Source of the DNA: the human T2T-CHM13v2.0 reference genome, Homo sapiens
Strand: one strand, 5' to 3'
Assembly: GCF_009914755.1 (NCBI RefSeq)
Contig: NC_060927.1
Length of the DNA: 64,000 bases
Shown in pieces: positions 40,503 through 55,650 of the stretch. Under the pieces are notes generated by a model. It searched no databases. It was not told the DNA's origin and saw only the letters and a list, made by a program, of their open reading frames with translations. Each line of letters opens with the position of its first letter. Position 1 is the first letter of the stretch. The position numbers and the translations under genes were made by a program.

Positions 40503-42559
40503 ATCCTGGGCCCAATTCTCCTTTCCATCTACCTACACAATGTCCACAGGTTATATCATCTATCTACTCCTGTGACTTTAAACACCATAATTGTGCAAAA
40601 TGCTCTTTGAAATCCCACAGTGATATACCAAACAGCCTTCTTGCCATCTTCATGTGTTTGTCTAATGACATCTTATATATGGAGCTCTTGATTTTTCCCC
40701 TTAAATTTGTTCCATATCATTTAGCCTATTCTAATAAAGAGCAAAACCATCCTCTCAGAAATATCCTGCTAACTTTTTTTCTCCCTGCTCCAACCTCTGA
40801 TCCTTCTACAATACAATTTCCATATGGCAGATAAGATGATATTAATATTGTACATAAAATATTATACATAAATATGTATCAGATCATGTAACTCCTCTGC
40901 TCTAAAGACTCCAGCGGTCTTTCAAAATTAGAACAAGCTCCAAACGTATCATCCTGGCTTACAATGCAAAGTGATCATCCTCTCCTTATCGCTCTGCCAT
41001 GAAACTCAAGCCTCTACCTTCCTTGCCCAGCATGCATTTGTGAGTGGGACTCTCTTCAGATTTTTTTTCAAAGTTGCTAAACCGAGGCCTGTTTAGGGAC
41101 TTTGATCAAAATATTCCTTCCATATTTGGTCATATATTTTTTTCACAAATTAAAAAAAATAGTAATCTTGAAATTATTAGCATTACCAGAAATCATCAGG
41201 CATTTCAAATTATTTATATTCTTATTTACTCAGCCAGGTTGACATACAGATATGCACAGGTCCTCCCTATGATCTTCACATAGCTAGCTCCTTCTCATCA
41301 TTCATAGAGCAGCTTAAATGTTACCTCTTCAGGAGGCTATAGGAAACCATTCAGTCACTTTTTATCACATCACCCTTTTAATTTCTCTGTATATCACTTA
41401 GTACCAGGCTGATGTTGTTTATTTGTCTAGTTGCTTATTGTTTGTTTGTCTCCCCCAATTAGAATACGAGCTCTATCAGAAGAGCATCCTTGACTCTTTT
41501 GTTCTTCGTTGTGTTCCCAGGACTGATGCCTGACCCAGAGCAGGCACTCAATAAATATCATTAATTATATCATATTGCATTCCTTATGGCATCTAGTGCA
41601 ATACTTGGCTCATATTTTGAGTTTAACAATAGCTTCAAAATGTTTGTATATTACTGAGTCAAATGTTATACCTTTTTAATTTGCCCCTAAAATATTTAGG
41701 CTGCTTTCCCTCCAATTTCTGATTGTGAAAAATAAAGCTACAGAAGTGGAACATATAGAGTATCTATTAAGGGAATTAACAGGGAATTCTGGGGAATCTC
41801 CAAAAGAAAGAGTATACAAAGTCTTTAGGAAACTTAAATTTTAGAAAAAAAAATTCAATACCTCTATTTGAAATGGACGTAATATATACTATAAAAATGT
41901 TCTTCACCTCTCCAAAAGATTAAAGTATACACACAAACAAAGTAAAATTAAATGGGTGAGTAGTGATTCCATCTACCCATGTGTAGAATGTAAGGTTAAC
42001 ATTTCTTCAAAGATATTCCACTTTTCATTCATTTTCATGTTTCCCATTTCTTTGTATTTGTAACAATTACTTTCAAGAATCACTCTACACTGATGAAAAA
42101 TGAGGAGATGTGTAGCCAGTAGGCTTTGTTGCTGCCATTGTTTTGGTTGTTATTTTCAAGTGGTTTTCTTCTCTATACTGTTATACCTTACTTTGAACTT
42201 ACTATTTTATCAGAAACTAAGTTAATTACAGCCTAAATATTTTAGCAAATATAAAAATCTAAATTCATAGGAATGCCTGTTCTACTCCCAATGGTGACTG
42301 CATAGTTTCTATACAGAAGGGGCTCCAGGGCACAGTCAAATACAAAATGGCTAAATTATTTGTATTCAAATGACATTTCTATAAGAAACAAACTGTTTTT
42401 CCTTAGTAGTTTTTATCTGGGGTGGTTTTCAGTAAAGTAAAGATAGTATAGAGGAGGGCACTAAAACGCCCGTTCTCTTCTCCCCTCCATTACAATATCC
42501 TTTTCCGGTCTTTTCAGAGAGAATTTTGTTTCTGGTTTGTTTGATTTCTCGCCTAGCCT

Positions 42560-42693
42560 AACCTCACCTCACCTCCCCCTCCCCCTCCCCCTTCTCCTCT
42601 TTACTCTCTCCTTCCTTCCTCCCTTCCTTTCTTCCCTCCTTCCTTCCTTCCCTTCTCCCTCCGTCCCTCCCTTTCCCCCTGCCTTCCTTCTTT
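42560..42693. repeat. CT-rich polypyrimidine low-complexity tract
   Basis: Directly visible (CCTT/CCCCCT units). Confidence 0.9.
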
Positions 42694-43436
42694 TAATTCA
42701 AAACTAAAGGCCAAATTACCAGCTTGTTTAAGAAACTTGAGTCAAATATATAATAAACCATACTTTACATGGAGTAACTTCTTGATTTGGTCTTACTTTA
42801 TATCATTTACTTTAAATGTAAGGTTTTTTTTCCATAAAATATTAATGATTAATATTGAAATTACTATAATCAACAGAAAGCCTCATGCATTTACAATTCA
42901 GAAAAAGTAACTAAGCAAAATTGACTTACACATTTGTTACCTTTTTAATACTATTGTACATTAAGTGTCAACTATCATTTACTGAAATCCATGTGTCAGG
43001 TGTCAAATGTCTGCAAAACAAATTACTAAGTAGTCAGTGGACCAGGTCAATTTTCCTTCAAAGGAAATGTATTTGACAGTCCTTGCTAAAAAGTGACCTT
43101 ACAGCATGAAAGGGGAGAAAACACAAACCCTGATGTATATTCACAGAATACAGATAACAGAGAATTTTATATGATACAGCCTGTATATGCAGTAGTTTGC
43201 TAAGTTTTAGAATGTTACATTTTTACTACAAATTATTCTCTTAAGATATCACTTTGAAGGCCAGTGCTTTATCATTATTTTGTCACTCAAATAATGATGA
43301 AAGTGAAAGCTAATTTCCAGGATTACATTTATTTTTCTCAGTTATCGGTAATTAAAAACAGTTTTGCTAAGACATTGCAAGAAAACCAGGAAAAATTTAG
43401 GCTAAGCAAGAGTTGATTCTGAACATTTAGGGTTTT

Positions 43437-44165
43437 TTTCACTTCTTGGCTATTGTGAATAATACTAAAATGATCAAGGGTGTACACAGATCTATTTAAG
43501 AACCTGATTTTATTTTTTTTCTATAAATACCGAGATGTGGCATTGCTGCGTTATATGGTGGTTCTATTTTTAATTTTTTGAGGAACCCCCCCAAACTCTT
43601 TTTCATATCAACAACACCATTTTACATTTCTACCACCACCGCTCAAGAGTTTCAATTTTTCCACAACTTTGCCAATATTTGTTATTTTCTCCTTTGTTAT
43701 TTTTGTTTTTATAGTGATCATTCTAACAAGCATAAAGTGATATCTTTTTGTGGCTTCGATTTTCATTCCCCTGATGATTAGTGATGTCCAGCATATGTTC
43801 ATACACCTGTTGGCCATTTGTATGTTTTCTTTGGAGAAGTATCTCTTAAAGTCCCTCACCTATTTTTTAAAATTGGGTTATTTGGTTTTTTTTTTTTTTT
43901 GCTATTTAGTGGCAGGAGTTCTTTATTACTTAATGGGTATAATATTTCTTATTCCCGTGACAGATCTATTAAAAGCCCTGACTTCACCACTATGCAGTAT
44001 ATCCATGGAACAAAACTACATGTATACCCATAAATTTATAGAAATTTAAAATTTGTTTAAATTTTTTAGATAGTAACCCCTTCTCAGATATATGGTTTGC
44101 AAATATTCTCTCCCATTCTATAGGTTGCCATTTTATTCTACCGATTGATTTTTTTGCTGTGCAGA
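43437..44165 (-). mobile_element. L1MA/MB segment, the inverted 5' part of a twin-primed insertion
   Basis: cttcttggctattgtgaataat...ccctgatgattagtgatg...ggtttgcaaatattctctcccattc...tttgctgtgcaga. Confidence 0.85.
43932..44051 (+). mobile_element. Short L1PB-type 3' end inserted in the older L1
   Basis: aaaagccctgacttcaccactatgcagtatatccatggaacaaaactacatgtatacccataaatttata. Confidence 0.75.
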
Positions 44166-44555
44166 TACCTACATACAGTGTCGTATTATTCGGCCATACA
44201 AAAGGAAATCCTGTAATGTGCTACAACACGGATGAACCTTGAGGACGTCATGCTAACTAAAATAAGAAAGTCACAGAAGGACAAATACTATGTGATTCCA
44301 CTTATATGAGAATTATCTAAAGTAGCCAAACTCATAGAGGCAGGAAGTATAATTGTGGTTTTCAGTGGCTGAGAGGAAGGAGACATGAGAAGTTGCTGTT
44401 CGATGGGTACAGAGTCACACAAGATGAAAAATCCTAGATATCTGCTATACAAAATTTTACTTACAATGAACAATACTGTACTGTATACTTAAACATTTTT
44501 TAAGAGGGCAGGTTGAATGTGTTACTTATCACAATACAAACGACACAAAAGAAAG
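44166..44555 (+). mobile_element. L1MB/L1MA 3' end (sense part of the same insertion)
   Basis: acatacagtg...ggatgaaccttgaggacgtcatgctaac...cagaaggacaaatactatgtgattccacttatatgag...caatactgtactgtatacttaaa. Confidence 0.88.
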
Positions 44556-46696
44556 TTCAGCCTAAGACAACTCTTTTGTGTAAAGACAAGGAAAAATATA
44601 TTAGTTGATCAAAATATCCTCATATATGCTAAGAATGCTCTTTCATAAAAATATTTTTGTAATATATGCACTTTTAACAGAAACATGCGTTGTTATAAGC
44701 ATACTCAAATACATGAGTGGAGATGGTGCCCTTCGGAAACTAGTAGCTCTGACTTGAAGAGCATGTGATTTTCACTGGCAATTCATGTTTACCATGATTA
44801 TTTTTACATAGAAGTGAATTTTACCCCCTTATTTGTAGCCTCCATTTTGGTATGTGTTCTCTCAAATGCTGAATGGTCTTTCAGTAAATATTTTACTGCA
44901 GCTAATTAGTATTTAAATGCTGGCTCATAGTAACCCCTATGACAAAACAAAACACTGATCAAAATTTCAGTATTTCTCTAGTTTTTTATCTCAATAAGAT
45001 AGTCTTAAATGTTGGACCGAGTTCATGTAAGTTAATTTTCTTTGATACATTTGAAAATATCTTGAGAAATTTAATGCTTTTGATGTTTCATAGTTAAAAT
45101 GGTCTATTAAATAAACTTGCTATTTTGAAGATGCACATTTTAAATATAGCAATGCAATCAATGATTACTGCCATCAGTTTGGGTTTGGATAAAAAGATCA
45201 ATGACTCAGCAAGAATGCCCATCTGAGCACACATAAGGATTGGTCATTGATTTATGAGACTCACCTCTGCAGGGCCTGTGACTTCTTACATCTCGAGGCT
45301 TAGGCTGCTTCTCACCACCACATGTGCTCCGTGAGCTGTCTGCTCTCGGCCTCTGCATCAGGTTCAGTTATACAGGGCCATGCTGTGCCTGCACTTCAGG
45401 GCTAAGCTCCATGCTTTGTGCTTAAAAAGGTTCTCCATTACCTATGCTTGTCATTACTCTGTGGGAGTTCCTTATTTAACAAGATCATAGGTATTCTGAA
45501 ACCAACTGCTCCAATATGTGTAGCTCTGCATCACAGTACTGCTACGAGCCTAACCACAATTCTAAAACGCGACTATGTCTAGACACAAATTTTTTTTAAA
45601 TCACTTAGCACTGGACACCAAAATACGGAGAGCATCAAGTTACCTGACTCTGTGCTGAACATCTTACAACCTAAAATGGTAGTTCAGTTGTACATTAGTA
45701 TATAAGATGACACACTTGACAACAAAACTCCTTTTATGGAACTGAATTAAAATTTTCAGTCATCTTTTTTGTATCTCTGCTATTTAAAATATACAAATGA
45801 GCACTTTGTTCAAAATGCATTATTTTCTCATCTATTTTTATTATTATAGAAACGTACATATGTTGGCAATGCTCTTTACTAGGCTAGTCAACTATTAAGA
45901 AATCTAATGGCATTTTAATGTGATTTAAATGTAATCAATAGTCAATAATTTCATCTTCATGCTTATGTTTTTATTGGTTTGATCAGAATTCTTCGATATC
46001 CCCCACCCCTTTCTTTTAAGTAATTGGTTCATATACATGAAGGAGAATTTACTTTTTAGGGCACTTAATCTATAGTGGTTTCCAATTGTAAAATTTTAAT
46101 TAAGGCTCTGGATGCTGATTGAGTTATGTTGCATTTTAAGTTCTCTAATGGAATTCTTTAAACTTGTCATTTTCAGATGCTTTTTTAATTTTAACATTTC
46201 TGGCTAAGCAATAAAATATTTGCACCATATTGACTGCTATGTAGGTATCCCATGGCATGTATAAAACTGAAAGTCTGAATTTCAATGATTTCAAAAATAG
46301 ATTTTTATTTTCCCTCTTGTGAAAATAATAAACTCAGAGCCAGTTTATCTATACTGTTTTATTTCTGTTTTTTTCCTACATTCAATTCTACTTCAGATTC
46401 ATGAAAGAAAATTAGAAAAATTCTAAATTCAATTTAAAAATTTTAAATACTGAGACTCCTAAGTGTCCTCAAAGAAATTCACCAAATTTTTGGAAAAAAA
46501 ACAAAAGTATTCCTAATTATGTTTTATTGAAGCTAATGGCCATTGACCCATGTGTTTTTATAAATCATTACATATTCAAATTTTGAAAATGTCTTTATGA
46601 GAAAATTGACTTAAGCGAAAGCAGTTAACAAAATCTTGTTAAGAGTGGAAACTAGACATGTAGATATCATTTGATGAAAACATTAATTCCAAAAAC

Positions 46697-46723
46697 TACA
46701 CACACACACACACACACACACAC
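46697..46723. repeat. (CA)n microsatellite
   Basis: Directly visible. Confidence 0.9.
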
Positions 46724-46823
46724 TACATTCTTTTCCTATTTGGTTAAATAAGAATGGCTTTTTTTTTTGCAAACAGTTTTTCTACTTTTTAATATGCTTT
46801 TTTTCATAAAAATCAAGCCTGCT

Positions 46824-47280
<457 letters not shown>

Positions 47281-47555
47281 TCAGAAATTCTCAAGAGTCT
47301 CCTTCTACCACCATTTTTTCTATTTCACAAGACCCACAGGAATCTGTGTGTGAAGGCAAAATAAACAGATCTGGAAGCTGGGGTTGCCCTTTGGGTTGCT
47401 ACCAAATATAGGAAACTAAATTTTGGATATTAACAGCATATGGAGATTATGACCATGGACCTTGGCCTAATAAATTAAGACAGATAACCTTAAATCCACA
47501 CATAAAACTGGGACTCTTAAAAAATATACCCTACCTGGAAGTGTGGTATTAACTA

Positions 47556-47578
47556 CACAGACACAGACACACACATGT

Positions 47579-47609
<31 letters not shown>
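47556..47609. repeat. Compound (CA)n microsatellite
   Basis: Directly visible. Confidence 0.9.
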
Positions 47610-47610
<1 letters not shown>

Positions 47611-47980
47611 TTTCTTAAAAGGAAAGCAACCATCTATTTGTAACAGCCAACCAGGAAACATTTGTTTTTATCCTCAGGCTCTATGTATGATAAAAATAAA
47701 TAACCAAAACTATGACAATAATCATTTCCCCTAAGAAGTTGTGAGAGAGGCCTGGTCTCACAATATTTCTTGGTTTGACATAATATTACCATCGTAATTG
47801 GGATATTCCATGTTGGTAGATTAAAACTGAATACACCTAGGTTTAGCGGCCCCACTCCACACCATACCTATAAATGCCAACTGAATCTGCACTCTTGTGT
47901 GCTCAACACTTCTATCAGATAGGCTAGCAAAATAGGAGCCAAAAAAAATATATCAAAACACCAGTAAAGAAATTCCACTA

Positions 47981-48385
<405 letters not shown>

Positions 48386-48829
48386 AAAAAACAGGATGTA
48401 ACACTCACATACATAATGATGTTTTGAAAAAATATTTAAATAAAAAATAAGAGACTATTTAAAAATGACCAGATTTCAAAATAACCAAATAGAAATGAAA
48501 ACATAAATTATTAAAATTAACAACTCAGTAGAGATATCAAAAAGCAGGAACAGTGGAATGAAGAGTCTGTGGCCTGCAAGATAAACTTTAAAGAAATAGC
48601 ACAAAAGACAAGGAAAGGGGAAAAAGTTGGAGGGGTTTTATGGCATCCAAAGAAAAATACAAAAATGTAAATTCTTGAAACAGACATCTAAATGAAGCAC
48701 ATAAAGATAATGCAAATGGAAAAATACTGTGAGGCAATGATTGATCATTTGCAGAAATTATGAAAATTACGATTGAAACACCATGTATACTAAGCATAAT
48801 AAGTAAGAAGAAATTCCTTTGATACAAGG

Positions 48830-48987
48830 AGAAAGGGGTCCATTTCCTCATTCATAGGCGGCATCTTTTCACTTCATTCTCACATAGTGAAAAGGGCAAA
48901 GCAGCTTCAAAAGGCCACACCTTCAAGTACAGTGGGGACTTGCATTCAATAGATTTTGGGAGAGATACAAACATTCAGATCATAGCA
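48830..48987 (-). mobile_element. MLT1A-type LTR fragment
   Basis: ctcacatagtgaaaagggcaa...caaaaggccacacct...ttttgggagagatacaaacattcagatcatagca. Confidence 0.7.
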
Positions 48988-49479
48988 GTGTTCAAATATG
49001 AGTTCATCCAACTTACTGGATCCATCCATGAGCACACGTCTACATCCACTGCAACCTTCATTCAGATGTCCAGGAAAATTTTCCTAACGCTCTTCACTCC
49101 AGTCAACACTTGCCTGGCCACTGAGCCAATCATACATGGATTTTCTCCAGTTCTTATATTCTGAGTTTATTATTTCTTCTGGTTCCTTATAACTAAATAG
49201 ACATGGTTATTAATATCTCCTTCAACTCTATATTCATCTAAATTTAACTATCATTTTTTCTCTCTTGATAATTGAATTCCTCAAGAGATTTCATTTACTA
49301 TACCTACCTCAATCAATTCTCACTGAAATTTTTAAAATAATAATATAATGTTAATTATAAAACATGAGCAAATCCATTTCTAGAATTTTATTGGTGCCTT
49401 GTGGTCAGCATAAATATTTTGAGATTCATTCACATTGCTGTGTGTAATAATAATTTATTGTTTTATTGCTAAATTCTTA

Positions 49480-50235
<756 letters not shown>

Positions 50236-50239
50236 ATAA

Positions 50240-50420
50240 TTTTGTTTCTGCCACTTAGTAGCTATGGGACCTTGATCAATTTCTCTAGGACTAATTTTCT
50301 TCGGGCATAACATAGAGATAATGCATATTTCAAAGAATTGTCTTGAAAATTAAGTTAATTAGTGCATGCAAATAATTTATAATAGAGCTTGACATAGAGT
50401 AAGCTCTCAATAAATATTTT
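50240..50420 (+). mobile_element. MIR SINE
   Basis: tctgccacttagtagctatgggaccttgatcaa...catagagtaagctctcaataaatatt. Confidence 0.65.
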
Positions 50421-52179
50421 AAATTTTGGGTGTTTCTAGAGACAAGCAATAGTAGTTTTAGCAATTCTGATTTATCACATTATGATGTTGGCTGGTCACT
50501 TAAAGGAAGTCTAGGAAGAGGAATTTCCAGGGTTGCTTTTGCAGCTCAATGATAACAGGGTAAAAGGTTGACATTCCAGCGATTTTTATCTTCCATGTGA
50601 CACAAAATGATCTCCGTATATTACATTTTCAAAGCAGTTTCCAAACATATAAAGGAAGAAGAGATGGCACAGTAAGACCTCTTTACACTCCTGTCCCTTT
50701 AGGTAAAAAGCAGAATTTTTTCCTGGCACCCTCCTAGTAGGCCTGCCCCAACATGATACTGACAGGAAGCTTGTCATATAACCACCGTTAACTGCAAGTA
50801 AGTAAAGTGAGTATATTCCTCAGGGAAAGGGATGATGATGAACCCATCATAATACATCCCCTGGGGCTGGCCACAATAGTGCCTGTATAAAACTGGAGAT
50901 ATCTTCATAAAGCAGAAGCAGGGGTAGCTAATAAATAAATAACTTGAAAAAGATCCAGCTCTGAAAATTTTATATTAATTTTACATTTACATTTTTGTCT
51001 TGCAGACTCTATTACAATAACGCAATGCAATATTTTATTCATTTCTACTTGCAGAAAAAAGTGTTGCTTGTTAATGTTGATGGAAAATGGTTTCAAAGAA
51101 TATGGAAATAGGCTTAGGATGTGATTGAAACTCTGATTGTACTTTTTTTCTTTATGAAATTACTACTCTTCTTGTTGCAAATTCTATTTGAACAGAATCA
51201 CCTTTGGCAAGAAACAACTTCATTGAATCACAGGCAGCTGTAAACCTGACAATTAACTGACATTTCTCTGATTGAATATGTGGAGCAATGTCACATATCC
51301 TGCCATCAATAGCTTCAGGTGAAACATGTTACACATTAATCACCTCGTTTTGCTTTAAAAAGATGGTCATTTTCAATAGAATCAGTGTATCATTTCTTTT
51401 GGTTTTAGCAATCTCTCTGGAGCAAATAGCAAGTATCTTCCCCACCATTATGTTCATAGTCATCCCAATGGTTTCAGTTTTCTCCTATGATTATAAGTTA
51501 AAAAAAAAAACACAGATACATATGTGGATATGGACACACAAAATATCAGCGTCTTCTCCTTTATTTATTCAAAAATCATTTATATAATACTTCATTTCTC
51601 AATTATTGAAGTGACATGATATACAGCAAACTCTCCTTGCTGGCAAAATTTGTAAGTTTTAGATATGTAATAGCCTGGTGTGCCAGTGAAAGTTTTCCAA
51701 TAATTATTATCCCATGTTTTTTCTTACTCAGAACACAAATGTTTAGGCACATTGTCACCAGACTCTGGAACTGGATTGGCCCAGAATTCTCTCATTTGAG
51801 TGCAGGGATACCAGGCTTTATCTCATTGCATCGCCAGGTTTTGGGAAGAAAAGAAACATGACCTTGAGTTAGCTTTCTTCCACCTACTGACAATCTTGGC
51901 AATCATAGGGTGAACAAGGCAGAACTAAAGGGTAAGTGGAAACCCAGCTGAATACTTTAACCATTAACATCCCTAGCAGCTGGTAGGGAATGAGTGCTTC
52001 AGTACCCAAAGTGTGGAATACCACAGGGTATTATCTCTGAGCTGTCACTTTAGCTATAACATTATTAGCTGCTAAATTACTCTCTCATTCTGACAATTTC
52101 TGGGAAGTGTGGCATGTGATAGAATCAGTGGAGCCCATTGTCATACATCCACAGCTGTGCTGAATGAGCTGTAAATAGG

Positions 52180-54411
52180 TGATTTTTTTTTTAATGTTTG
52201 TTTCCCATACCTCATGTTTGATGCTCAGTGTTGGAGGTGGGACCTAATGGGAGGTGTTTTGGCTGATCTGTCATGAATACATTAATGCCCTCCCTGAGGC
52301 AGGGGCTGGAGTTAATTCTCACTCTATTAGTTTCCATGAGAGCTGGATGTTAAAAAGAACCCGCACCTCTCCCCTCTCTCTTGCTTCCTTTCTTGCCATG
52401 TGATCTCTGCACATGCTGGCTCCCCTTCTCCTTGCTTCCTGAGGTCCTCACCAGATGCAGATGTTGATGCTATCCTTCTTGTACAGCCTGCACGATTATG
52501 AACCAAATAAATCTCTTTTCTTTTTAAATCATCCAGCCTCAAGTATTTCCTTATAGCAACACTAAATAGACTAAGACCTAAAATTAGTACAGAGAAGTAG
52601 GGTGTTGCTATAAGGATATCCAAAAATGCGGAAGTAGCTTTGGAACTGAGTAAGTGGCAATGTTTGGAAGAGTTTGGAGGGCTAGAGGGCTCAGAAGAAA
52701 AACAGATGACAGAAAGTCTGTAAATCATTTGAGATTGCATAAGTCTTTGTGATCAAAATGCTGATAGAAATACTAACAATAAATGCCATACTGAGAGGTC
52801 TCAGATGGAAATGAGAAAGTTATTGGGAACTGGACCAAAGTTCATCCTTGTTATGCTGTAGGAAAAAGAAAAAAACAAAAAAAAACAAAACAAAACAAAG
52901 CAAAAAAAAACCTTTTGCTGCCTTGTGTTCATGCCCTAGAGCTTTGTGGAAGGCTGAACTTAAGAGTGATGACCTAGGGTATCTGGAGGAACTGCTTTCT
53001 CTTTTCTATTGCATGGCCAGGTTAGTGTTGCCATAAAGGGATACCTGAGGCTGGGTAATGTATAAAGAAAAGAGGTTTATTTGGCTTAAGGTTATGCAGG
53101 CTGTAGAAAGAAGTAGGTGTCAGCAAATGCTTCTGGTAAGGGCTTCAGGCAGCTTCAACTCATGCAAGGATGCTGCAGAGCAATCACTTGCTAGAGAGAT
53201 TTGCATGACTAAAAGGCAGCCAGATGCTCAGAGTCAAAATGATAGATAAAAGCTTCCAAAAACATTTCAGAAATATTCAGTGCTTTCTCTCCCATAACAG
53301 ACCCTCTGGCCCAGAAAGACAGAATGGTTTCAAGGGCAGGACTGAGGTGCTGCTGCCCTGCTCTGCCTCAGGATGCTGCCACTTATATCCCCACCACTCA
53401 GGCTTCAGCCTCAGCTCAAATATCCCCAGGTGTATTTTGGGCACTGCTCCAAAGAACAAAAGCAGTAAGTCTTGGCAGCCATGTGGTATTGTCTTCAGAG
53501 TTGCCCAGAATGGAAGCTTGGTGACTTCCGCTGAGATTTCAGAGGATGTATTGGAATGCATAGGTGCCCAGGCAGTAGCCTTCCAGAAGAGAAGAGCCTC
53601 TTCAGAAATCCTCTACTACAGCAGTACCTAGTAAAGCCCAGGAAGCAAGTTATTTTGAAACTTTAAGATTTAATGTCTGCCTTGCTGGGTTTGGGGCTTG
53701 CATGGGGCTTATTACTCCTTTCTTTTGGCCAACTTCTCGCTTTTAGGATGGGAATGTCTACCCAATGCCTGTACAGCCATTACATCTTAAAGTAAATAAT
53801 ATGTTTTTGATTGTACAGGTTCACGACTAAATAATTTGCCTTGAGTCTCAGATTTTGGACTTTGAACTTTTTTGAGTTGATAATGGAACAAACAAGTTAA
53901 GACTTTTGGAGACTATTGAAAAGGGATGATTGTATTCTTCAACGTGAGAAGGACATTAATTTTGGAGGGCTAGAGCCAAATGCCACAGTTTGTATGTTTT
54001 CTCCTCAAATTTTATGTTGAAATTTGATCCCCAATGTAAGAGACGGGGCGTGTTATAATTTGGGTCATGAGGGCAGATTCCTCAAAAATAGATTAATGGC
54101 CCTCCCTGTGGAGGGTGTTGGGATTGAAAGTATTCTCACTCTATTAGTTTTCATGAGGGCTGGCTGTTAAAACAGCCTGGCACCTCCCTCCCCTCTCTCC
54201 TGCTTCCTCTCTCACCATGTAATCTCTGCACATAATGGTTCCCCTTCACCTTGCACCATGAGTTGAAGCTGCCTGAAACCCTCACCAGAAGTATATGTTG
54301 GCACCTGCTTCTTGTACAGCCTGCAGAACCATAAACCAAAGAAACCTCTTTTCTTTATACATTACCCAGCCTCAGATATTTCTTTATAAAAACACCAAAT
54401 ATACTGAGACA
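52180..54411 (+). mobile_element. MSTB-type MaLR element with both LTRs (~52180-52578, 53981-54411) and a rearranged internal region
   Basis: Two LTR copies (ttctcactctattagttt...cttcttgtacagcctgca...ccagcctca...); internal gtagctttggaactgagtaa and gtctcagatggaaatgag; TSD atagg/gtagg. Confidence 0.9.
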
Positions 54412-55309
54412 GTAGGTCTCCTGCCTGGTTCAGTGAAGAGTTGAACAGAATCCATGCTGGGGGCTCAAATACTCTGTAAAACTACTTGGATTTTGGTGCT
54501 GAAGCACTAGGAACAGGAAAGAAAGGCAAAACTACACTTGAAATATGAGTTGATTTTAGCCAAGAAGAAGCACTGTCCCATCCAGGTTGGGAGGGCCCCA
54601 ATGAAGGGAATTTGCTGAGTCAAATTTGTTCCCCTAGGGAATACAAAAAATTTCAGTCAATAGTAATTTGATGCCAAATATTTCTAGTTGAGTGTTACAA
54701 AATAACACCATAATGGCAGTAATCACTGAGACCAATCTTTTGGGAAAATGGGCTCCTTGAGGAGCTGGCAATCTAACAGGAAGCCAGTAGGGCTGAGCCC
54801 TTCAGTTAAATATGTGTGTCACAGATGAAGCTGCTACAGAATGTGACTTATTTTATTTTATGCCTTAAAAATATACCAAACAATCACAAGAGTTGAAATC
54901 AGCACAGTTTGTAAAAGGAACATCAACATCAAATTTTATGTCATTCATATCCATCCAGAAAAATATTCAGTCTTGAGATTATTCTACATGGGGACCAGGT
55001 AGAGGAGATTGGGACATGGAGTTTTGCTTTGTGTCCACAGAGCTAGATTTAACAACAACAAAGTATTTTCTCTTTTTCTAATATTATTATTTAGTGTCAT
55101 AATTCAAGATAAACAAAAACAAATGTGAGGGTGTGGGAAAGGGAAATTAATGAGCTTATTTCTTATTTCTTTTGTTTTAAATTTGTTAATTCTGGCTCAA
55201 AAAATCATCTGCAATGGTGAGTCAAAAATTGAAAGTGAACATTTGGAATCAGCTGGGTTCGGTTAGACAAAAAAAGACACGTCTAATAAAGTAGAAAAAA
55301 TAGCCAAAA

Positions 55310-55650
55310 GATGATGTATCAGGTTGGCACATGTCATCTAGCTACCATTTATTTAGCTAGGCATTAAAGAAACTTGCAAAAAACATAGAACAAGCCTACT
55401 CTTTCCATTATTTTGTTTTGTTTTGTTTTTGATAAGATAGTTATTTTATGTCAAACTGTGTTTTTGTTAATATGTAATGGGTTTATTATTGTTTATTATT
55501 TTAATGTTTATTTTTTAATTTCACAGTTTTAATTTCTGCTATGATAAATACTGACAGACATAACCTAAGAATAAAAAAAAAGCTATTTGTAGTCCTTCAT
55601 AATGTTTAAGCTTAAAAGTATTTTTAGACAAAAATGTTTGAAAATCACTG
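55310..55650. mobile_element. Charlie-family hAT DNA transposon end
   Basis: gataaatactgacagacataacct...aagctatttgtagtccttcataatgtttaag...agacaaaaatgtttgaaaatcactg. Confidence 0.6.

Larger units (their letters stand above)
38860..41560 (+). mobile_element. L2a relic, fragmented by MSTA and LTR13A insertions
   Basis: L2 motifs ctgggcccaattctcctttccatctac, cagatcatgtaactcctctgctctaaagactccagc and the 3' end cagagcaggcactcaataaatat. Confidence 0.7.

Noticed and set aside
51732-51931. Possible 200-nt exon (ttcttactcag ... aagg|gtaagt)
   Set aside because: It overlaps probable old LTR/ERVL relic sequence and has no supporting evidence beyond the motifs.
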